Assembly (NCBI GenBank): GCA_032128115.1 | Contig: JAQBHB010000099.1 | Coordinates: 1 to 50,888 of the forward strand | Length of the DNA: 50,888 nt | Source of the DNA: Deltaproteobacteria bacterium | Lineage (GTDB): Bacteria; Myxococcota_A; UBA9160; SMWR01 | Reading direction: 5' to 3' | Shown here: one piece after another, positions 36,487 to 44,861 of the stretch | Position numbering within the stretch: position 1 is the stretch's first letter | Layout: each line of letters starts with the position of its first letter | Notes under the pieces: model-generated | The model's input: the letters and a program-made list of their open reading frames with translations, nothing else | Told to the model about the DNA's origin: nothing | Databases searched by the model: none | Program-made: the position numbers and the translations under genes

Positions 36487-38457
36487 ATGTCCGACATCGG
36501 AGCCTATTCGCTTCGCTTCGCGCTGGTGATCGCCGTCCTCGGAGTGGCGGCCGGCGTCTACGCCGGCTCGGCGCGACGCCCCGATTGGACCCGGGTGGCC
36601 GAGCGCTCGGTGTGGGTGGTGTTCGCTTTCGTCAGCCTGGCCATGCTGATGCTCTTCGGCGCCTTCGCGAGCCACGACTTCCAGCTCGCGTACGTGGCTC
36701 AGCACTCGGCCCGCAGCATGGCCATCCAATACCGGCTGGCGGCGCTCTGGGGCGGGCAGGCCGGTTCGCTGCTGCTCTGGCTCTGGATGCTCTGCGCCTA
36801 CTCGGCCGCCTGCGTGTGGTTCCACCGCAACCGGAGCCGCATCCTGATGCCCTGGGTCGCGTCGGTGGTGCTGGCAAACGCCGCGTTCTTCCTGCTGCTG
36901 CTCAACCTCGTGACCGATCCGTTCGAGAAGCTGCCGCCCGGGCAGGTGCTCTCCGACGGCGCCGGACTCAACCCCCTGCTGCAGCACCCGGTGATGATGA
37001 TCCACCCGCTGGTGCTCTACACGGGCCTGGTGGGCTTCGTGATCCCGTTCGCGTTCGCCTTCGCGGCCCTGATCTCGGGCGAACTCGGCACCGACTGGTT
37101 CCGCACCACGCGGCGCTGGACGCTTTTCCCGTGGCTGGCGCTGAGCGTGGGCATCCTGCTGGGCGGACGCTGGGCCTACGAGGTGCTGGGCTGGGGCGGC
37201 TACTGGGCGTGGGATCCGGTGGAGAACGCGTCGTTCATGCCCTGGCTTCCGGCCACCGCCTATCTGCATTCGGTGATGATCCAGGAAAAGCGCAACATGC
37301 TGAAGACCTGGAACCTGCTGCTGATCGGGATGACCTACACCCTGTGCCTGTTCGGCACCTTCCTGACCCGCAGCGGCATCGTGCAATCGGTGCACGCCTT
37401 CGCCCAGTCGCCGATCTTCACGTCGATCTTCCTGGGCTACGTGCTGGTGACCGGCGGCGCCTTCCTGGCGGCCCTGTTGTGGCGTCGCGGCGAGATCCGG
37501 AGTCCGGCGGGTCTGGAGTCCATGGTGTCGCGGGAGGCGGCCTTCCTGCTCAACAACTGGACGTTCATGGCGCTGCTGGCGGTGGTGTTCTGGGGCACCC
37601 TGTTCCCCGTATTCTCCGAAGCGCTGATGGACAGCCGCATCGCCGTCAACGCCAAGTACTTCAACACCATGGCGGGTCCCCTGGCCCTGATGCTGATGTT
37701 TCTCACCGGTGTGGGTCCGCTCATCGCCTGGGGCAGACCCTCTCCCGGAAGCCTGCGCAAGCAGTTCACCTGGCCCGCGCTGGCGGGCGTGACCACGGGC
37801 ACGGCGTTCGCCGTCGTCATGGGCCGCTCGACCCAGTGGTATCCGCTGGCGGTGTGGGCACTGGCCGGTTTCGTAACGGGCACCATCGTGCAGGAGTACG
37901 CGCTGGCCATGCGCGTCCGCGTGCGCAAGCACGGCGAGAATCCGCTGCAGGCCGTGGCCGCATTGCTGCGCAAGAACCAACAGCGCTACGGCGGCTACAT
38001 CGTGCACCTTGGGGCGATCCTGATCCTGGTAGGCACGGCGGGATCCGTGTTCAACCAGCAGCGGATCGAGAACGTGAGCCCGGGCCAGGAGGTGACGATG
38101 AACGGATACCGCCTGCGCTATCTCACCGCGCGCCCCCTGCCCGCCAAACACTATGGGGGCGCCGCGGCCCGGCTGGCGCTCTACGATCACGACGAGCCCG
38201 TGGCGGTGATGGTTCCCGAGAAGCGCGTCTACTGGCTCGAGCAGCAACCCGCCTCGATCCCCTCGGTCTACTCCACCCTGAACGAGGATCTCTACGTGAT
38301 CCTGACGGCCATCGAGGCCGACGGCTCGGCCACCCTCAAGATCTACCGCAATCCCCTCGTCAACTGGATCTGGATCGGCGGCGCGATCTTCGTTCTGGGA
38401 ACGCTGGCGGTGATGTGGCCCCATCCGCAGCGGGCGTCGGAACCGCGAAGCGGATGA
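36487..38457 (+). CDS. ccmF: Heme lyase CcmF
   Basis: WGGQAGSLLLW, GLNPLLQHP...HP, WGGYWAWDPVENAS, FLTRSG..QSVHAF, YGGYIVHLG. Confidence 0.96.
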   Translation: MSDIGAYSLRFALVIAVLGVAAGVYAGSARRPDWTRVAERSVWVVFAFVSLAMLMLFGAFASHDFQLAYVAQHSARSMAIQYRLAALWGGQAGSLLLWLWMLCAYSAACVWFHRNRSRILMPWVASVVLANAAFFLLLLNLVTDPFEKLPPGQVLSDGAGLNPLLQHPVMMIHPLVLYTGLVGFVIPFAFAFAALISGELGTDWFRTTRRWTLFPWLALSVGILLGGRWAYEVLGWGGYWAWDPVENASFMPWLPATAYLHSVMIQEKRNMLKTWNLLLIGMTYTLCLFGTFLTRSGIVQSVHAFAQSPIFTSIFLGYVLVTGGAFLAALLWRRGEIRSPAGLESMVSREAAFLLNNWTFMALLAVVFWGTLFPVFSEALMDSRIAVNAKYFNTMAGPLALMLMFLTGVGPLIAWGRPSPGSLRKQFTWPALAGVTTGTAFAVVMGRSTQWYPLAVWALAGFVTGTIVQEYALAMRVRVRKHGENPLQAVAALLRKNQQRYGGYIVHLGAILILVGTAGSVFNQQRIENVSPGQEVTMNGYRLRYLTARPLPAKHYGGAAARLALYDHDEPVAVMVPEKRVYWLEQQPASIPSVYSTLNEDLYVILTAIEADGSATLKIYRNPLVNWIWIGGAIFVLGTLAVMWPHPQRASEPRSG

Positions 38458-40334
38458 ATCGCGCAGCGCTCGCCCTCGCGACGCTGGCACTCGGACTCGC
38501 GGCGGGCACAGCCTCCGGGCAGCCGAACGCGGCTCCCGCCACGCTGCACCCCGGCGCCAACGCCACCACGCCCGACGTGCCCTCCGGCACCGGACGCATC
38601 CGGGGTCGCATCGCCCACGCCGAGCGGCCTGCCGCCGCGGGCGGACTCACGGTGGTGCTCTACAGCCTGTCGCCCTCGGGTTCGCCGGGCCTGCGCACGA
38701 GCCTTTCGGATGAGGACGGCAGCTTCGCGTTCGACGGCGTCTCCAGCGACCCGGCCACCGTCTACATGGTGGGGACCCGCGCCGCTGGCATCCCCTACGG
38801 CATACGCTTCGCCTTCGCGCCCGGCGAGGCCGAACGCTCCGTCGAGATCCCCATCTCGGACCCCGATGCCGACACTTCCCGAATCCGGATCGAGTCGTCG
38901 CGCATCCGGATCGACCGCGGCTGCAGCGGCCTGGTAGTGAACGAGTCCTACGAGCTGGTGAATCCGGGCGGCCGCACGGTGCACGTGGATCCCGAAGCTC
39001 TCGATGGCCAGCCCCCGATCTTCTCGGTGACCGTGCCGGCGGCGGCGCATGCCATCCAACTGCTGCCCGGCTCCTTCGATCCCGGACTCGAGATCGACGG
39101 CACCACGCTGAGCTTCTGGGGCCCGCTGCGGCCCGGCGCCCGAAGCCTTGAATTCCGCTACACGCTGCCCGCCGCAGCGTCTCCGCTCGCGGCTCGCTGG
39201 CGGCTGCCGCGAAACATCGGACGCGTGGTGGTGGAAGCCGCCCGGGGTGGCGTCCAACCCCGCGCCGAGGGACTGCGGCCCGGTGCGCCCACCGAGAGGG
39301 ACGGTCGGGTCTACGCCACCTGGGTCCGCGAGCGCCGGCCGGATGGCGACAGCCTCGACCTCTCGCTCGAGATCCCGGCAACGCAGCCCGAATCCGGAGG
39401 CTTGACCGATTCCGGCCGCCTGACCGGTTCCGGCCGCCCGACCGATTCCGGCCGCCTGACGCTGGTGGGGGTGCGGCTGCTGATGGAGCTCGACGACGCG
39501 GCGCTCGAGGTGGACGAGCAGATCGAGATCGAAGTCGCCGGGGGCGAGTCGTTGTCCGCCCGGGACGAGGCGCCGCTGCTGTGTCTCGAGCTTCCCGATG
39601 CGGCACAGGGCCTGCAGTTCTCCCAGGCCTCGCTCTCGCTGGGCCTGGCGCCCGACCCCTCCGGCGCCCTCGCCATCTACGGTCCGCTTCCGCCGGGCCG
39701 TTCGCTGCTGGGGCTTGGCTACCGCATCGCCGTGGAGGACGCGGCGGTCGTTTTCGAGCGGCGCTTTCCCCGCGCCCTTCCCACGCTGTCGGCTTTCGTC
39801 GCCGACACGGGGCTCACGGCGGAGAGCGATCGCCTCCACCGTCGGCGACCGGTGTCCAGCGGCTCGCGCACCTATCTGCACCTGGAGGGATTCGCACTCG
39901 AGCCCGATGAGCCGGTCGATCTGTCGTTGGTTCCACTCCAGAAACCGGCGGCGATGCCCCGCCTGGCCCTGGCCGCGATCGTGACACTGGCAGCCGTCGC
40001 CTCGCTGGGAGTCCTGGCCGCGCCCCTGCGCAGCGGCCGACCGGCGCCAGTGACACCTGCGAGCGATCCCGGCGGCGACTCCTTGGAACTCGACGGCGTG
40101 TACGGCGTCATCCGCGATCTGGACGACGACCTGGAGACCGGAAAGATCACGGCCGAGGACCATGCGCACCGGCGCGACGCCCTGCGAGCCCAGGCGGTGT
40201 CGCTGCTGCGGGAAGCTGGCAAACCGGCGGCCGCTCCCGTGACCGCCGCCACCTGTCCCGAATGCGGACGAGCCCGCGATCCCGGAGCCCGCTTCTGCGC
40301 CAGCTGCGGCGCTCGCGTGGACGGCGCCGGGTGA
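38454..40334 (+). CDS. Large exported protein in the ccm operon (beta-sandwich domains, TM, CcmI-like helix, C-terminal Zn ribbon)
   Basis: ATG overlaps the ccmF stop; signal peptide; SDEDGSFAF carboxypeptidase-regulatory-like domain; YGVIRDLDDDLETGKI; CPECG...FCASCG. Confidence 0.75.
   Translation: MNRAALALATLALGLAAGTASGQPNAAPATLHPGANATTPDVPSGTGRIRGRIAHAERPAAAGGLTVVLYSLSPSGSPGLRTSLSDEDGSFAFDGVSSDPATVYMVGTRAAGIPYGIRFAFAPGEAERSVEIPISDPDADTSRIRIESSRIRIDRGCSGLVVNESYELVNPGGRTVHVDPEALDGQPPIFSVTVPAAAHAIQLLPGSFDPGLEIDGTTLSFWGPLRPGARSLEFRYTLPAAASPLAARWRLPRNIGRVVVEAARGGVQPRAEGLRPGAPTERDGRVYATWVRERRPDGDSLDLSLEIPATQPESGGLTDSGRLTGSGRPTDSGRLTLVGVRLLMELDDAALEVDEQIEIEVAGGESLSARDEAPLLCLELPDAAQGLQFSQASLSLGLAPDPSGALAIYGPLPPGRSLLGLGYRIAVEDAAVVFERRFPRALPTLSAFVADTGLTAESDRLHRRRPVSSGSRTYLHLEGFALEPDEPVDLSLVPLQKPAAMPRLALAAIVTLAAVASLGVLAAPLRSGRPAPVTPASDPGGDSLELDGVYGVIRDLDDDLETGKITAEDHAHRRDALRAQAVSLLREAGKPAAAPVTAATCPECGRARDPGARFCASCGARVDGAG
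39403..39460 (+). repeat. 18-bp tandem repeat x3 (TGACCGATTCCGGCCGCC) in an interdomain linker
   Basis: Read directly; encodes LTDSGR-LTGSGR-PTDSGR. Confidence 0.9.
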
Positions 40335-41038
40335 GCGAGCCGGCGATCCGGGCGCGGGGACTCGAGAAGCGCTTCGGTCCCGCCTTCGCGCTGCGCGACC
40401 TGGACCTGGATGTGGCGGCCGGATCGAGCCTCGCCGTGCTGGGACCCAACGGCTCCGGCAAGACCACCCTGCTTCGCCTGATCGCCGGACTCATGCGGCC
40501 GAGCGGCGGTTCGCTTCAGGTGTCCGGACACGGGGCGGGCGATCGCCGGACGCGAGCCCGGGTGGGCCTGGTGGGACACGCCACCGGACTCTACGCCGGG
40601 CTGACCGCCCGCGAGAACCTGATCTTCGCCGCCCGCCTGCACCGGGTGAACGATGCCCACACCCGGGTGCGCCAGCTGCTGTCCGAGTCGGGGCTCGAGA
40701 GCGTGGCCGATCGCCCGGTCCAGGCCTTCTCCCACGGCATGGCCCGTCGCCTCTCGATTGCGCGCGCGCTGGTGCACGACCCGGACGTGCTGCTGCTCGA
40801 CGAGCCGTTCACGGGGCTCGACCGCCGCGCATCCGACAACCTGACCACGCGCCTGACGGCCCTGCGCGAGTCCGGTCACACCCTGGTGCTGGTGACCCAC
40901 GACCCGGGGCGCGCCGCCGATGTCGGCACCTGCGCGCTCGTGCTCGGCCACGGACACGTGGCGCGCCACTTCGAACGGCTCCCGGCGGACCGCCTGGAAC
41001 TCGAGCGCGCCGGCGTGGTGGCGGGGGACCTTACGTGA
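40331..41038 (+). CDS. ccmA: Heme ABC exporter ATP-binding protein CcmA
   Basis: GPNGSGKTT, LTARENL, FSHGMARR, LLDEPFTGLD; context next to ccmB. Confidence 0.9.
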   Translation: MSEPAIRARGLEKRFGPAFALRDLDLDVAAGSSLAVLGPNGSGKTTLLRLIAGLMRPSGGSLQVSGHGAGDRRTRARVGLVGHATGLYAGLTARENLIFAARLHRVNDAHTRVRQLLSESGLESVADRPVQAFSHGMARRLSIARALVHDPDVLLLDEPFTGLDRRASDNLTTRLTALRESGHTLVLVTHDPGRAADVGTCALVLGHGHVARHFERLPADRLELERAGVVAGDLT

Positions 41039-41700
41039 GCACCCTGCTCGCAATCCTGTGGAAGGACCTCACGATCGAGCTGCGAAGCCGCGAGCGCGTC
41101 CTGGCCATGGGCGTCTTCTCGCTACTGGTGGTGGTGGTCTTCCACTTCTCACTCCCGGGTGGGGCTACCTCCGCCACCCGTGACACGGCGCCCGGATTGC
41201 TCTGGATCGCCTACGTGTTCGCGGCGCTCCTGGGTCTGGGCCGGTCGTTCTCGCTGGAGCTCGAGAATGACGCGCTTTCGGGCATCGCCATGGCCCCGGC
41301 CGAACAGGGCTGGGTCTTCCTGGGCAAGGCTGCGGCCAACTGGGTCATCCTGGGTGTGGTTCAGGCCCTCACCGCCCTGGTCTTTGGCCTGGTCTTCCAG
41401 CTGGATCTCGCCCCGGTGGCCCTGCCCCTGGCCGGGGTGGTCGCCCTGGGCTCCCTGGGACTGTGCGCCGTGGGCACCCTGGCCTCCGCCGTGGCCGCCC
41501 GGACGCGGCTGCGCGAGGTGATCCTGCCCGTGCTCCTGCTCCCGGTGCTGTGGCCCGTGCTGCGAGGCGCCGTCCGGGCCACCTCCGAGCTGCTGGCGAC
41601 GGGAGAAGTCCCCTTCGAGGCCATCCAGTTCCTGATCGTGACCGATGGGGTCTATCTGATAGTGTCGTTCCTCGTTTTCGAGTACGTCCTCGACGAGTAG
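41035..41700 (+). CDS. ccmB: Heme exporter permease CcmB
   Basis: WKDLTIELRS, PGLLW, FLGK, REVILPVLLLP. Confidence 0.92.
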   Translation: MSTLLAILWKDLTIELRSRERVLAMGVFSLLVVVVFHFSLPGGATSATRDTAPGLLWIAYVFAALLGLGRSFSLELENDALSGIAMAPAEQGWVFLGKAAANWVILGVVQALTALVFGLVFQLDLAPVALPLAGVVALGSLGLCAVGTLASAVAARTRLREVILPVLLLPVLWPVLRGAVRATSELLATGEVPFEAIQFLIVTDGVYLIVSFLVFEYVLDE

Positions 41701-41715
41701 GCAAGCTCGCCCCTG

Positions 41716-42408
41716 ATGCCCGACGCGCCGTTTCCGCCCGATTCCCGTTCCCGTAGCCTGTGGGTGAGCGGGCTGTTGCTCGTGGCGGTTGGCCTGTGGT
41801 GCGCCGTGGCCGTGGCGGGGGCTCCCAGTGACGCGACCCAGGGCGTCGTCCAGAAGATCCTGTACGTGCACGTGCCCTGCGCATTCGCGGCCTACCTGGG
41901 GTTCGCGACCACCGCCGTCTGCAGCGCCTTGTACCTCTGGAAGCCCCAGGAGCGCTTCGACCGGGTGGCCGCGTCCGGAGCCGAGGTGGGGGTCCTCTTC
42001 TGTACGCTGAACATCCTCAGCGGTCCCATCTGGGCCAAGGCCACCTGGGGCCACTGGTGGGCCTGGGATCCGCGCCTGACGGTCACTCTCATGCTGTGGT
42101 TCATCTATCTGGCGTATCTGCTGCTGCGCAGCTTCACGGAGGGCAGCGAGCGGACGGCGCGTTTCGCCGCCGTATACGGGCTGCTGGGGTTCCTGGCGGT
42201 TCCGCTCAACTACCTGGCCATCGATCTGTTCGGTGGCGCCGCCATGCACCCGGACAATCTGGAAAGAGACAGCCTGGGCGCGGGCATGGGGCTCCCCTTC
42301 CTGGCCTCCGTGGTCACCGGAATCGCCGCCTTCGTGTACCTCCTGCTGCTGCGGGTCGATCTGGGTGCCCGAAAGCTCGACGCGGCGGCGCGCGAACTCG
42401 GCGTGTAG
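41716..42408 (+). CDS. ccmC: Heme exporter/WWD protein CcmC
   Basis: ILYVHVP, GPIWAKATWGHWWAWDPRL, second His in MHP. Confidence 0.93.
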   Translation: MPDAPFPPDSRSRSLWVSGLLLVAVGLWCAVAVAGAPSDATQGVVQKILYVHVPCAFAAYLGFATTAVCSALYLWKPQERFDRVAASGAEVGVLFCTLNILSGPIWAKATWGHWWAWDPRLTVTLMLWFIYLAYLLLRSFTEGSERTARFAAVYGLLGFLAVPLNYLAIDLFGGAAMHPDNLERDSLGAGMGLPFLASVVTGIAAFVYLLLLRVDLGARKLDAAARELGV

Positions 42409-42452
42409 TCACTGGAAATGGGGCGCGAGCCATGCCGCATCCCAAATGCCGG

Positions 42453-42482
42453 TTGACAACACCACCCCTTGGGCCGTATAAC
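42453..42482 (+). promoter_or_regulatory. Near-consensus sigma70 promoter
   Basis: TTGACA-18 bp-TATAAC. Confidence 0.75.
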
Positions 42483-42488
42483 CCAACG

Positions 42489-42670
42489 ACCACTAAGCTA
42501 CGGATGTAGTTAGGCTTTTCATGAATGGAGGCGATCGCTTTCTCATCCCCCAGAGGGGAAGCGTGTGTGCGTAGGGCGGGCTGCCCTGCCACGTTGCGAC
42601 GAAAATTGCGCGGCCTCTGAAGGAAGCGGCAATTCGAGGTAGAGCGGTTCCGTCTCTGAGCCGTTCGACC
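42489..42670 (+). ncRNA. Candidate structured sRNA or long leader, family unassigned
   Basis: Follows a strong promoter; no convincing ORF; at least five consecutive hairpins found by eye. Confidence 0.4.
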
Positions 42671-42772
42671 GCCGGCCGCCTACCCGCCCGATCTCCGCAC
42701 CCACGCAGAAACGACGCAGCCAGGAGCTGGAACGTCAGCCAGCGCCTCCAGAAATGCCGAGTCCGTGCAATG

Positions 42773-42788
42773 TGGCATGGGGATTGCG
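42773..42788 (+). promoter_or_regulatory. Sigma54 -24/-12 promoter
   Basis: TGGCAT-GGGGA-TTGCG, about 90 bp upstream of the Zn-ribbon gene. Confidence 0.65.
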
Positions 42789-42878
42789 AGGTCTTGCCAT
42801 CGGGCCCCCCAGAGACCTCGCGTCGGATCGATGCTCGATCCGGTAGCTTCCAAGGGCCCGGGAGGCGCTCCGAATCGG

Positions 42879-43376
42879 ATGGCCAGCATGAAGCGCGGCG
42901 TCGGTTACTGCGAAAACACCGAGTGTGAAGACTACGCCAAGGGCGTCTTCCTCCTGAACCACGGCGACACCTTCTATTGTCCTCGATGTCGCCAGTTGGG
43001 GAAGGTGGAGAAGGAGCGCGGCTTCTACACCGGGAATACAGACATCTTCAAGGAGGTGCGGGTCGAGTACAACTTCGACCCCATCAACGGCGTCTACCGG
43101 GAGATCGCGATCGTTCGCGACGAGAGTCTCTGGGGACGCAACAACGTCTATACGCTGCAGTCGCCCCTGATCAAGACGGAGAAGCGAGCCCTCAAGGTTG
43201 CCGAGGCGATCCTGGCGAACCTGAACCGCTACCGCGGGCTCCTCAATGGCGACGACATTCCGCGCACCACCGAGATCATCCTCTCGTTCGACGACGAGTT
43301 CGATGAATTCGCCCGCAAGCTCGAGCAGCTGAGCAAGGAGTGGGCGGCCAGCGGTCTGCGCGAGGGTCAGCGCTAG
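42879..43376 (+). CDS. Hypothetical protein with N-terminal Zn ribbon (CxxxxC...CxxC)
   Basis: GYCENTEC...FYCPRC; GGAGG RBS at 42861; strong GC3 bias; start is 42879 or 42888. Confidence 0.85.
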   Translation: MASMKRGVGYCENTECEDYAKGVFLLNHGDTFYCPRCRQLGKVEKERGFYTGNTDIFKEVRVEYNFDPINGVYREIAIVRDESLWGRNNVYTLQSPLIKTEKRALKVAEAILANLNRYRGLLNGDDIPRTTEIILSFDDEFDEFARKLEQLSKEWAASGLREGQR

Positions 43377-43381
43377 AACAC

Positions 43382-43951
43382 TCAGGGCAGACCGGCGCGG
43401 TGGTCGCTGAGCCGCATGCGCAGGTCGATCCACATGCCCGCCAGGATCGCGCCGGGCCCCTGGTGGTCGTGGCGGCTCACCGGTTCCGGCAGGCGCGCCA
43501 GGGCATCGGCCAGGGGCTCCCGGTACCAGGGGAACAGGGTGTTCGGGATCCGCTCGGGGTCGAACCAGCGCACCACCGGCGTCTCCGGGCTCGGCCGCAG
43601 CGCGCCGCCCGTGGGACGGCACTCGAAGACGCGGGCCGTGTGGGGGGCAAAGCCGGTCCGGTGGTAGTCGCCCACGTGCCGGACCACCTCCACGGTCAGC
43701 CCGGTCTCCTCCCGCACCTCCCGACACAGGGCTTCTTCATCGGATTCGCCCGGACCCGGATTCCCGCCCGGGAGCTCCCAGCCCCGCAGATCGGCTCGCA
43801 CGCTGAGCAGCAGCCCCCGCTCCGAGAACACCACCGCCTGGGGAACGCGGAGCGACCGGCGCCCACCGAGCTGGGGCGCCAGCAGGCCCCACCAGGCGAT
43901 GCGCACATACTGGGGGAGGACCGCCGCCAGGCGCCTCGCCAGGCCCGCCAC
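43382..43951 (-). CDS. Nudix hydrolase
   Basis: Nudix box GGNPGPGESDEEALCREVREETGL. Confidence 0.88.
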   Translation of the reverse strand: MAGLARRLAAVLPQYVRIAWWGLLAPQLGGRRSLRVPQAVVFSERGLLLSVRADLRGWELPGGNPGPGESDEEALCREVREETGLTVEVVRHVGDYHRTGFAPHTARVFECRPTGGALRPSPETPVVRWFDPERIPNTLFPWYREPLADALARLPEPVSRHDHQGPGAILAGMWIDLRMRLSDHRAGLP

Positions 43952-43954
43952 CGG

Positions 43955-44842
43955 CTACTCGATGATCTTGTTGAGGGGGTACTCGACGATCCCGCGGGCC
44001 CCGGCTTCCGACAGCTGGGGAAACAGCTCGGTCACGAGCTTCTCCTCCACCACCGTATTCACCGCGACCCATTCGGGATCGGCCAGGGTCGAGATGGTGG
44101 GCGCGGACAGTGCAGGCAGCAGCGACAGCACCTTCTCCACCTGGCTCTTGGGAACGTTCATCATCAGTCCCACGCGATCCACGGCGGCGATGGCGCCGCG
44201 CAGCAGCAGCAGCAGACGATCCATCTTGCGCCGCTTCCAGTCATCGGCGGCCGCCTCGTTGTTCGCGATGAAGCGGGGCGTGCTCTCGATCACCGTGTCG
44301 ATCACCCGCAGATTGTTCGCCCGCAGACTCGAACCCGTCTCCGTAACGTCGACGATGGCGTCGGCCAGGATCGGCGGCTTCACCTCGGTGGCGCCCCAGG
44401 AGAACTCGACCTCGGCAGTGACGCCGTGTTGCTCCAGATAGCGCCCGGTCAGGTGCACCACCTCGGTGGCGATGCGCTTGCCCTGAAGGTCGCCCACCGC
44501 CCGGATCGCTGAGTTCTCGGGCACCGCCACCACCCAGCGCACCGGGCCATAGTTGGGCCAGGACGCGCGCAAATCCGCCAACTCGGTCACCCGGGCCGCG
44601 CACTCCCGGGTCCAATCGATGCCGGTAATCCCGGCGTCGATCACGCCCTGTTCCACGTAGCGCGCGATTTCCTGGGCCCGGATCAAGATGCACTCGATCT
44701 CGGGGTCGTCGATCTCCGGATAGTAGGAGCGATCCGGAATCCGGAGCTTGAAGCCAGCCTGGGTGAACAGGCGCTGGGTCGTATCCTGGAGGCTTCCCTT
44801 GGGAAGACCGAGACGGAGGGTCCTGGCGTTCGACGTAGTCAT
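43955..44842 (-). CDS. hisG: ATP phosphoribosyltransferase, long form
   Basis: LGLPKGSL, RAQEI, DAGITG, GATEVK...ADAIVDVTETGSSL, C-terminal regulatory domain with PTIS. Confidence 0.95.
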   Translation of the reverse strand: MTTSNARTLRLGLPKGSLQDTTQRLFTQAGFKLRIPDRSYYPEIDDPEIECILIRAQEIARYVEQGVIDAGITGIDWTRECAARVTELADLRASWPNYGPVRWVVAVPENSAIRAVGDLQGKRIATEVVHLTGRYLEQHGVTAEVEFSWGATEVKPPILADAIVDVTETGSSLRANNLRVIDTVIESTPRFIANNEAAADDWKRRKMDRLLLLLRGAIAAVDRVGLMMNVPKSQVEKVLSLLPALSAPTISTLADPEWVAVNTVVEEKLVTELFPQLSEAGARGIVEYPLNKIIE

Positions 44843-44861
44843 GGCTGAGAGGGAGCGGAGC

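Noticed and set aside
36585..40334. Apparent 1249-aa protein
   Set aside because: The first 623 codons overlap ccmF in another frame; the real start is ATG 38454.
42521..42574. 17-aa ORF MNGGDRFLIPQRGSVCA (possible leader peptide or CcmD)
   Set aside because: No SD upstream and no TM segment, so not CcmD; not excluded as a leader peptide but unsupported.
42489..42670. Known riboswitch (SAM-I, glycine, cobalamin, c-di-GMP) or SRP RNA
   Set aside because: Only fragmentary resemblance; the core consensus elements were not found by eye.
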